From Octopus sinensis (lineage: Eukaryota), in NCBI RefSeq assembly GCF_006345805.1, contig NC_042997.1, forward strand, positions 165,044,001 to 165,108,000: a stretch of 64,000 nt of DNA. The letters run 5' to 3'. Made by a program: the position numbers and the translations under genes. Shown one piece after another: positions 54,325-64,000 of this stretch; within the stretch, counting starts at the first letter, position 1; every line of letters starts with the position of its first letter. The notes beneath the pieces were generated by a model, which was not told the origin of the DNA, made no database searches, and worked only from the letters and a program-made list of their open reading frames with translations.

Positions 54325-54590
54325 TAATCTGGTTTGCCACAGTATTAGTAAGGTCCAACACGAGAAACATGTGAAGTGCCTACCGTTCTCCGCTCAAGAC
54401 TTTTATATGAACCAGCTGATCAGTACTGAGTATAATATTAGTTAATAAATGAATGGGCAAAGGATAGTTTGTACATTATCCCTTTCATTAGCTTACAGCT
54501 GTTTCAGTTACAAGAAACCGTGCACCTGGAGTTGAGCGATAGTTCGACTGCTTGTAACTTCCTCGGAACTACTTCAACGAAGCACTAGAA
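54325..54590 (-). mobile_element. Solo Penelope-like pLTR of another family
   Basis: Contains a hammerhead. Its 3' end abuts the same (TA)n tract as the fold-back, from the opposite side. Confidence 0.6.
54489..54571 (-). ncRNA. Type I hammerhead with CCGA core and extended stem II
   Basis: UAGUU-CCGAGGA-AGUUACAAG(36 nt)CUUGUAACU-GAAAC-AGCU-GUA^AGCUA. Perfect 9-bp stem II and palindromic ACAGCUGU. Confidence 0.7.
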
Positions 54591-54670
54591 TGTGATTGTG
54601 TGTGTGTTTGTGCAAGTATATTTGTGTGTGTATGTGTGTGTGTATGTACTGATGAATAAATAAATAGATA

Positions 54671-54709
<39 letters not shown>

Positions 54710-54806
54710 TAAACCAAGAAGATTAACTGAAATAAAAAAAAACTTAATTTCTCAATATAGTTTAAATATTTATTTTTCAAAACACACGCATACACATATG
54801 TACGTA

Positions 54807-54857
<51 letters not shown>

Positions 54858-55105
54858 GCGCACATACTTACATGTAAGTTATTCGTGATTCGCTCCATCA
54901 GTCAACCCTGCGCCTGAGTATTCAATGTTGTTCAGGGCCAATTCATGAAACTCTGAGCAACAGAATGCTATAAGTTGTTATTATAACTAGTAAACTAATA
55001 TATTCAATGTTTAATCTATCAAAGGTATTGAGTTCTTTTTCTGTTTTTGCATTGTTCATGAAGTAACCGTGTACGTAATAACACCTGGAAACATATTACT
55101 ACATA

Positions 55106-55155
<50 letters not shown>

Positions 55156-55239
55156 TATTATTATTATTATTATCAATAACAATAATAATAATAATAATAA
55201 TAATAATCTACCAAACATGTATGTATGACTACATAGATG

Positions 55240-55376
<137 letters not shown>

Positions 55377-55626
55377 ATGTATGTATGTATGTACTTGCGC
55401 GTGCATGTGTGTGTGTGCGTGTTTGTCTGGCTGTATGCGTAGTATCATTTGGAAGCTTTTGATGGCTTATTTTCTCGTTTAGCCTCTACAGTAACGAGGC
55501 GTTTCAGTACAGAATTGAATTGATGCATATATAACACAGCAATAATTCAGGATATTGGAATTTTATGTGACGTGCTAGACTCATATAATAAAACATTAAT
55601 AACATTTCGTATTTCTAACGCAGCTC

Positions 55627-55674
<48 letters not shown>

Positions 55675-56465
55675 TTCTTTTTGTTTATTCATTATTGCCA
55701 CATATTTATGGACGAGGGGACATTACAGGGACTGCTTAGAAAATATGTGGGGACTGAAATAATAAGTGGAATGATGAAAATTCTGAGCGAAATTTCTTTA
55801 CATAGGGCCAATCAAGGAACCCCACTGATCCAAGTTTGGTTTGACTACCAAAGTCAGCTGCTTTCGCCTAGTTGCATACTCGATAGCATGCTAAGAGTGA
55901 ATTCAATCACTCATTCAATGGTGGGTTATCTCATCCATATTTTACCATATTTACTGGAGTTTCCTCTCTAAAATGAACTAGAAAATGTTGTTGTTGTTGT
56001 TGTTGTAAATTTTGTCTCTGTATAACGTTTCTATAGCTACGTCCTCAAGGAATACTTTTTACTGTCGTCTATCGTTCTCTCCTCCCTCACTTCGTTTTTT
56101 TTTTTTTTTTTCATTTTCTCTTTCTTTCTCTTTGCTATGCAGTTCTATCTTGAACTTTGTTATTGTGCTGTTGTTTGCTATTTTCTAATTCTTGATTTAA
56201 AAATCGCCTCTGCAAAAAAAAAAAAAAGAAAAAAAAAAGAAAAAGAAAAAATTAAAAATACGCAAGTTCCCTCAGAGTTGAATCTTACAATGAAAATATT
56301 GTCACCAAAACTCAGCTGGTCCTCTCTCGTATTCGATTATACAAAATTTTTCAAATATCTAAACTCCTTCCGGATAAAAAGAGCTAGTATTCGGAGCCGA
56401 AGCTCGGCGTGACTTCCAGAAGCAGCAATAATAATAATAAAACAGCAGTAATAATAATAATAATC

Positions 56466-56507
<42 letters not shown>

Positions 56508-56512
56508 CAGCA

Positions 56513-56561
<49 letters not shown>

Positions 56562-56583
56562 TGATAATAATAATAATAATAAA

Positions 56584-56820
56584 TGCCCTGATGCAGTACC
56601 AGGTAGTGGCTCTCATGGCTTCTCATCATAACTGATTGGAAGTGATGTCATGTACATTGTTTTGTCTTGGTATAAAAGATAGGCTACAGCAAATATTCTA
56701 CTCAATAACACAGATTTGCTAGTCAGTTGTTTGACCTTAACCAGTTGAGCATGCCCCTTAGTGGTTGACGATATGTGCATCTCTGATCACGAGCAGAAGT
56801 AGTGGGGGATCATCATAGTC
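56584..56820 (+). mobile_element. Family D 5' half fused to a Dong fragment
   Basis: Starts tgccctgatgcagtacc right after (TAA)n and stops at catcatagtc, where Dong coding sequence begins. Confidence 0.75.
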
Positions 56821-57268
56821 GCGAAAATAGAAATGCAAAGATCCTATGAGATTTTACGATTCAGTGCGACCATGAGATTGAGAATAGGAAGACGGACATA
56901 GTCTTAATTGAGAAAGAAAACAAACTATGCTGGATCATAGATATAGCATGCCCAGCTGACAACAAAGTATGCGATAAGGAAGAAAGTAATGTCGAGAGAT
57001 ATGACAGGTTAGCTTGGGAAGTTAAGCAGTTGTGGTCGATGAAAAAGATAGCAGTAGTACCAATAATTGTCGGAGCCCTGGGAACATTGAGTAAAAATCT
57101 CGAGAAGTACGTGGAACGAATAGGGGTTGCAATAAGTGTGGATCACTTGCAGAAAACAGCACTGCTTGGAACCGCTCGAATACTCCAAGAGGTGTTTCTT
57201 TAGTTCACTGGTAGTGAACAGCTGACACTGTAGTACGTCTCCAGCGTTGGAAGCTGTGCAAAGGCAAT
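56821..57268 (+). mobile_element. Dong/R4-like LINE 3' fragment
   Basis: DFTIQCDHEIENRKTDIVLIEKE..CWIIDIACPAD...RYDRLAWEVKQLW...PIIVGALG...QKTALLGTARIL, then (TAA)n. Confidence 0.85.
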
Positions 57269-57269
57269 A

Positions 57270-57334
<65 letters not shown>

Positions 57335-57336
<2 letters not shown>

Positions 57337-57967
57337 CCCTGATGGAGTACCAGGCAGTGGCTCTTATGGCTTCTGATCTTAACTGATTAGAAGTGCTATT
57401 ATGTACATTGTGTATGCCCTGATGTAGTACCAGGCAGTGGCTCTCATGACTTCTCATCTTAACTGATTGGAAGTGTTATCATGTACATTGTTTTGTCTTG
57501 GTATAAAAGATGAGCTACAGCAAATATTCTGCTCAATACCACAGATTTGCTTGTCAGTTGTTTGACCGTAACCAGTTGAGCATGTCTCTTGGCGGCTGAC
57601 GATATGTGCATCTCTGATCACGAGCAGAAGTAGTGGAAGAGCATCATAGCCATGTGCTGAGAGGGATTCTTTGGAGTTTGAATAATTCACCTCTGGAAAC
57701 ATGGGTGTTTCGTTCAACACTCTTAAACAACCCTTATTCAGGGACCTTTTGAGCGAGATGGGTTACTAGACCAGAAGAACATTCTAACTGGGCCCCACCT
57801 GGAAGGTAATGTGCTATTTATCTTGATATGAGATCACCATGTCGCGCCCATATGGTTGTGATGCATGTGCTTGGTGTAGCCTTATCAGACGGGTAGTCAT
57901 GATGGGTATACTGGGCTTCGTATATTTTACCCCAGTGTCACTTTGATGGCATGCACTGCTCTCTCAT
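57335..57967 (+). mobile_element. Family D element, full length (57415-57967), preceded by a duplicated 80-bp head
   Basis: The tgccctgatg head occurs at 57335 and 57415. TAA tracts on both flanks. Confidence 0.8.
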
Positions 57968-57979
57968 AATAACAATAAC

Positions 57980-58039
<60 letters not shown>

Positions 58040-58041
<2 letters not shown>

Positions 58042-58263
58042 CAACATTCTTACCAATGACTCAATACCAGAAAATTTGTAGGAGAGGCTTTAGTCGGCAG
58101 AAAGGTGAAATAGCCAAGTTGCTAAATTCTTCGATAAAGGCCGCATGGCGTTGTTATTGTTGAAGCTAGGGCTATATTTTCTAGAGTATGTTTTGAGGGA
58201 CATTTCGCTGCTATATCTACCAGTTCTAACGACCATGTAGAGGATTCTTCCTTGTATTATTTC
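58040..58263 (+). repeat. 224-bp direct repeat, copy 1 (copy 2 at 58861-59084)
   Basis: Identical except one base (gccaagtt versus gccaaatt). Each copy is preceded by (TAA)n, and the pair brackets a Dong fragment. Confidence 0.92.
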
Positions 58264-58816
58264 CCACAGAATCTAACCATTCTGTGGGACTTTCCAATAC
58301 ATACAGACCGAACCATCAAGACCAATAAACCAGATATTGTTGTGAAAGACCAAAACAATAAAGTTTGCTTATTGATCGACATGAGCATCCCCTGTGATCA
58401 TAATATCTCAGCGAAAGAGTTTGACAAGCTCAGAAAATATAAAGACCTACTCATTGAAATTGAGAAAATGTGGCATCTCAAGGCGGTTACAATACCAGTG
58501 ATCGTAGGAGCACTAGGAATGATCAAGAAGGGAACCGAAAATTATATGAGAATGATCCCTGGCTTACCATCCCTGCAAGAAGTGCAAAAGATTGTCTTAA
58601 CTGGTACATCACACGTATTGAGAAGAGCATTGTCGATGTGAGAACTGTTGCTGTTCATGTATTTTAATTTAACTTAAAAAAAAAAAAAAAAAAATGAACG
58701 AACTATTGAGTTTGGTTTAATGGCCTACCAATGTATACTATGAGTTTCTTTGCCCTAGGAGTCGGGAAGACACCCGGCAAGAAATGGAAGCAAATTTGAA
58801 AGAAGAAAAAAAAAGT
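58264..58816 (+). mobile_element. Young Dong/R4-like LINE 3' fragment with an intact endonuclease frame
   Basis: ILWDFPIHTDRTIKTNKPDIVVKD...LIDMSIPCD...KLRKYKDL...PVIVGALG...QKIVLTGTSHVLRRALSM*, then 3' UTR and (TAA)n. Confidence 0.9.
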
Positions 58817-58823
58817 AATAATA

Positions 58824-58865
<42 letters not shown>

Positions 58866-59751
58866 CATTCTTACCAATGACTCAATACCAGAAAATTTGT
58901 AGGAGAGGCTTTAGTCGGCAGAAAGGTGAAATAGCCAAATTGCTAAATTCTTCGATAAAGGCCGCATGGCGTTGTTATTGTTGAAGCTAGGGCTATATTT
59001 TCTAGAGTATGTTTTGAGGGACATTTCGCTGCTATATCTACCAGTTCTAACGACCATGTAGAGGATTCTTCCTTGTATTATTTCAGTCGTTAGTGGAATA
59101 TTTAAAGGTAATATAACGCAATGTATGTCTTACAACCGGGAACAAACAATGGCTTTTTATGTATAGAATTTCGGCGATCCTATTGCATGGCTCCTGAGGT
59201 GAATGACTTCAATCAAAATTTCTTATCGGTAAATGCTTTGTAAGAGTCAAATTTGATGGACAGAAACTGTATGTAAGTCATCGGGATTGGTTCTGATTCC
59301 TTTGAGTACTGACCTTAAATCATTATTCAGTTTTGCAATACCAGACGGCAGGGGGATGGGTGGCGACCCCTGTTGTACTCTTTCGCTCCAACTTTCTCTC
59401 ACTCTTTCCTCCTGTTTCTTGTCCCCGACTTCCTACGCAACCGCTGAGCCTGGATGCGCTTTCTCTTCTGCGGGTCTTACGAAATAGCAAAGGACCACGT
59501 TTCGGACTTCTCCCACTACAGACAATCCCGAGGCGCGATCTTGCGAGCTCTGGGACGAAGACCGCTTCGCTCAACAAACAAACAAGCAAACAAACAAACA
59601 AGCAGCAACAGTAACAACAGCAACAATAGCAACATTGAAATACCGATGTACATAGGCAGAGGCTTTACGTTTTTCTCTTGGATTCGATGTTGCACTATCT
59701 CAGTTGTTAAAGAACATGATGGGTTATCAAAACTTAGGTCTATATTGGCAT

Positions 59752-59790
<39 letters not shown>

Positions 59791-60106
59791 ATAATCAGAA
59801 ACATTTCAAGTTGTTCACCACTGGAAAGAATTATGTTTCGAGGAAATCTTTTTTTCTTTTTACCCGATTCCTCTTTTCCCATTAAATATTTTAGTGCGTA
59901 TGTGAGTGCGCATGTGGATGTGTGTGGGTGCGTGTGTATATGTGTGTATATGTGTGTGTGGGTGTGAGTGCGTGCGCGCGCGTGTGTGTGCGTGTGTGTG
60001 CATGCATAAATGCATACATGCATATATTTATGCTGATATATATATGACAGTTTATACACACACACATACATACGTATATATGTATGTATATATGTATGTA
60101 TGTATG

Positions 60107-60167
<61 letters not shown>

Positions 60168-60577
60168 ATGTACACATATATACAGTTAAAGATAAATATT
60201 TTAAATTCTGCGAATACATACGTATATAAAAATGTGTGTGTATATGTATATGTACATGTATGTATACATTTATCTGTACATACACACATATACATATGCA
60301 TATATATAAGTGTGTGTATATATATATACATATACATACATATACATATATAAATGTATGTGTATGTGTGTATGTGTGTGTGTGTGTGTGCGTGTGTGTA
60401 GTGGGGTAAACTCTTTTTTTTTTTATTGTCATTCAATTTCAGTAATTCTGGAAAAGGTTATCTACGGTCGTATTTTTAGTTACCAGTTTCCATTAAACCT
60501 TACGGGGAAACGAATTGATCTTGAAAATAAAACATAAACACGTTGAAATATTCACAAAAATTAAACGCACACACATA

Positions 60578-60621
<44 letters not shown>

Positions 60622-60994
60622 ACACACATACACACATGCAACCACACACATAGATATGCTTACGTAGGTATGTCAGCATGCACATATATGCGTGTGCGTG
60701 TGCATACACACAAACATATACACACACTCACACACACATACACACATACGTATGCATATGAATATGTGTGCATGTATGTAATGTACTTATGTACTTATCT
60801 ATCAACATATATTTGATATGATTTTCATTTATAATATTTATTCATGTGTGTGTGTGTGTGTGTAATCTTACAGAGCGCCCTCTCCCCACTACGGAGTTTT
60901 AACCTCCAGCTAGTGCTGATACAGGATATCAGCGTACATACTCTCCATCTTTGTCCTCATATAAACTAACCTTTATAGCAGTTGAGAGAAAATG

Positions 60995-61035
60995 CATCGC
61001 TAAGAAGGCCTAACACGGTCGAAACATGTCCATCT
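60995..61035 (+). ncRNA. Decayed hammerhead-like motif
   Basis: CUAAGAA-GGCC(UAACAC)GGUC-GAAAC-AU-GUC. Palindromic ACAUGU, mutated 5' core. Confidence 0.35.
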
Positions 61036-61310
61036 GGCTACAAAGGAAAAATTCGCTCACTCCAACTGTACTGTCTTCATTTACAAATATTCAAGTAAAT
61101 TTGATACGCTTGTATGTCAATTAAATAAGTTTACATATATCATGCCTTGATACTGTGTTGATGGTCGTCGGATATTAAACAGTGAGTTAAAACTCAAATG
61201 CAAATTGGTAGTTCCAATTCTCTGGTGCCACTAGATTTAGTGTGTATATAAACGGATGAGTATATAAACACAGCTACGTATTTCTCTGGGATGGATCAAG
61301 TGATGTAAAC

Positions 61311-61352
61311 ACCTCTGATGAAATCTCAATAAGAATCGAAAATCGATTACAG
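61311..61352 (+). ncRNA. Decayed hammerhead-like motif
   Basis: CUGAUGA-aaucu(caaua)agaauc-GAA-AAUCGAUU-A. Canonical core and palindromic stem III, imperfect stems I and II. Confidence 0.35.
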
Positions 61353-61534
61353 TTCGTCGTAATTTTTCAGTCTACGGAGAAAAATGCAAATTTGACCTCT
61401 TCTCATGCCTATTACGTAGGTTTATACACAAACACATACACACGTGTGTTTGTGTGTGTAGTTCAAATGTACAGAAGACAAAGACAGGTGATATATATAT
61501 ATATATATATATATATTTAATTTTATTATTTTTA

Positions 61535-61839
61535 TTTATGCGCCCTTTTCAAGCCTAGCCAGGCTCATGGGCCCGGTTTCCCGGTTTCTGTGGCGTATGT
61601 GTTCCCCACAGCTGGACGGAGCACCAGTCCATTGCAGCGTTACTCAAGAAACAGGAACAGAGAGTGAGAAAGTTGGGGCGAAAGAGTACAACAGGGGTCG
61701 CCACCCCCACCTGCCGGAGCCTCGTGGAGCTTTAGGTGTTTTCGCGCACATAAACACACACAACGCTCGGTCTGGGAATCGAAACCGTAATCCTCCGACC
61801 GCGAGCCCGCTGCCCTAACCACTGGCTCCTTGCGCCTCC
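61535..61839 (-). mobile_element. SINE family C1
   Basis: Highly similar to 63345-63652. Confidence 0.85.
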
Positions 61840-62457
61840 ACACACACACACACACATATATATATATCCATTAGGTAATGTCAAATACATATATTGTATA
61901 AATAATACGATACTGATGAGGTTTGTCTTTGGCTCATTACGAACTGTATATATACGAATGATTCGAACTCCGAACAGGCTAAAATGCAACTACACACACA
62001 CACACACACACCACACACACACCACACACACACACACACAAACAAACAAACAAACAAAAGAAAAACAATAAAAACTCGACCACAACTTGCGCACTGACAC
62101 CTGAAAAATCTACAATTCAACTAACACATGCTGTCTTGCGAATTATACAAACAAAATTCTTCATGTGTGTATTTATATGTGTTTATGTACACACAATCCC
62201 AAATATTCTGGCTTCAACCAATTAAATTTACATAAACACATCCAGAAACACCTGAATTCCAGATGCCCTTACGCGCGTATGCAGAGGGGTGGGGGACACA
62301 CTTGTAAAATACATACACACTAAAGCATATTCCCATTTCTAAGAACCACACCAAAATCGATCAACCATGATGCCATAATACATATTTTATAATAGAACCA
62401 TCCTTAATTAGTTGCACCGTTAATTTCACTTCTCCAAAGCATCTTTGTGAACAGAAG

Positions 62458-62855
62458 AGGTGGTTGTGTGGTAAGCAGCTTGTTTACCAACCACATGGTT
62501 CCGGGTTCAGTCCCACTGTGTGGCACCTTGGGCAAGTGTCTTCTACTATAGCCTCAGGCCGACCAAAGCCTTGTGAGTGGATTTGGTGGATGGAAACTGA
62601 AAAAAGCCCGTCGTATATATGTATATACATATATGTTTGTGTGTCTGTGTTTGTCCCCCCCCCCCAACATCGCTTGACAACTGATGCTGGTGTGTTTACG
62701 TCCTGTAACTTAGCGGTTCGACAAAAGAGACCGATAGAGTAAGTACTAGGCATACAAAGAATAAGTTCTGGGGTCGATTTGTTCGGCTAAAGGCGGTGCT
62801 CCAGCATGGCCGCAGTCAAATGACTGAAACAAGTAAAAGAGTAAAAGAGTAAAGA
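62458..62855 (+). mobile_element. SINE family A
   Basis: Homology to the other copies, with a gtaaaaga tail repeat. Confidence 0.85.
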
Positions 62856-62987
62856 TAATGTCACAACTTAAGAAACTAAGGTCTTTTATCTTGTTTCATG
62901 ACTGCGACCATGCTGGGGCACCACCCTAAAGGGTTTTGTCGAACAAGTCAACACCAGTACTATTTTAATATAAGATAATCTTACTGT

Positions 62988-63310
62988 GGAGGCGCATGGC
63001 TTGGTGGTTAGGATATTTGGCTCACGGTCGTGAGTTCAATTCCCGGCGACATGTTGTGTCCTTGAGCAAAACACTTTATTTCACGTTGCTCCAGTTCACT
63101 CATCTGCCAAAAATGAGTAGTACCTGTATTTCAAACGGCCAGTCTTGTCACATTCTGTCTCATGCTGAATCTCTTTGAGAACTACATTAAGGGTACGTGT
63201 GTCTGTGGATGGCTCAGCCACTTGCAAGTTAATTTCATGAACAAGCTGTTCCGTTGGTCAGATTAACTGGAACCCTCGTCTTTTTAACCGACAATAACCG
63301 ACAGAGTGCC
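62988..63310 (+). mobile_element. SINE family C2
   Basis: Homologous to 27956-28276. Confidence 0.8.
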
Positions 63311-63344
63311 AGATAACCTTACCTAAGCGTTATCTTTTAGTTTT

Positions 63345-63652
63345 TATTTATACGCCCTTTTCAAGCCTAGCCAGCATCATGGGCCCGGTTTCCCGGTTTC
63401 TGTAGCGTTTGTGTTCTCCCCAGCTGGACGGGATGCCAGTCCATTGCAGCGTTACCCAAGAAACAGGAAGAAAGGGTGAGAGAAAGTTGTGGCGATAGAG
63501 TACAACAGGGGTCGCCACCACCCCCTGCCGGAGCCTCGTGGAGCTTTAGGTGTTTTCGCTCAATAAACACGCACAACGCCCGCTCTGAGAATCGAAACCG
63601 CGATCCTCCGACCGCGAGTCCGCTGCCCTAACCACTGGGCCATTGCGCCTCC
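63345..63652 (-). mobile_element. SINE family C1
   Basis: Head ggaggcgcaatggcccagtggttagggcagcgg...ggtttcgattc. Confidence 0.85.
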
Positions 63653-64000
63653 ACAAGCGTTATCTACAACCACGTTATCTCGTGCCAATACATAGTCATC
63701 CTTGAGCGACGGAGGCCCCTAGTTTCGATAATCTGTCAATGTCTTTACTTATAGGATTCATTTTGAGCAGATGAAATGAAATTACCTACATGTCATGCTT
63801 GTTTATATCTATGAAAACATTGCTTAATATGTGCTTGCATCTTTAACCTTTTACCTGTCCAAAGCATTTTCATAAATTTGTGTTAAACGCCTGTGCTTGC
63901 TTCCAAATTTTTAGTTAGCACCTTTTGCCTAGGTTTTAGAGTAATATAAAGCTTTTCTACCATAAATTACATTAGTATTTACAAAACAAAGGCGACAAGC

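Noticed and set aside
57415-57520. HDV-like or hammerhead fold at the family D 5' end
   Set aside because: CUGAUG is not followed by a GA...GAAA core, and I could not build the nested P1/P1.1/P2/P3 pseudoknot.
57415-57650. Faint resemblance of the family D head to U1 snRNA (tacc.ggcag.gg, tgatcacga, gtagtggggga in sister copies) or tRNA-Sec (gccc.gatg...cagtgg...ggcttc)
   Set aside because: Matches are short and not properly spaced, and neither fold can be built by eye. An Infernal search would be needed.
63560-63652. tRNA-like sequence with A and B boxes
   Set aside because: It is the head of a multi-copy SINE continuing into the SINE body, not a standalone tRNA gene. The same applies to the other SINE heads.

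Overview
AT-rich animal DNA with no recognisable host exon, rRNA, tRNA gene or CRISPR array. It is dominated by microsatellites (TA, CA, GATA, TATG, TAA, CAT, GGT) and transposon remnants. The SINE families and repeat make-up suggest a coleoid cephalopod such as Octopus (inference). Nearly all ORFs in the supplied track are microsatellite artefacts. Real coding relics come from RLE-type non-LTR retrotransposons (a stack of Dong/R4-like 3' fragments in (TAA)n, a HERO-like piece, a second RLE family), RTE LINEs, mariner and D37D Tc1/mariner transposons, and probably a decayed Penelope-like RT. There are also two non-autonomous Helitrons and at least three tRNA-derived SINE families. The most striking unannotated signal is a set of about 10 minimal type I hammerhead-ribozyme motifs in short Penelope-pLTR-like units, most ending in (TA)n. 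Two units are fold-backs with an inverted hammerhead pair and compensatory stem II changes, and one of these holds a copy of nearby genomic DNA between its arms. Three unrelated motifs share a CCGANGA (U4C) core. Also notable are a 224-bp duplication flanking a Dong insertion and a ~560-bp non-coding (TAA)n-targeted element with a fixed 5' end. Everything was read by eye, so degenerate element boundaries are approximate.
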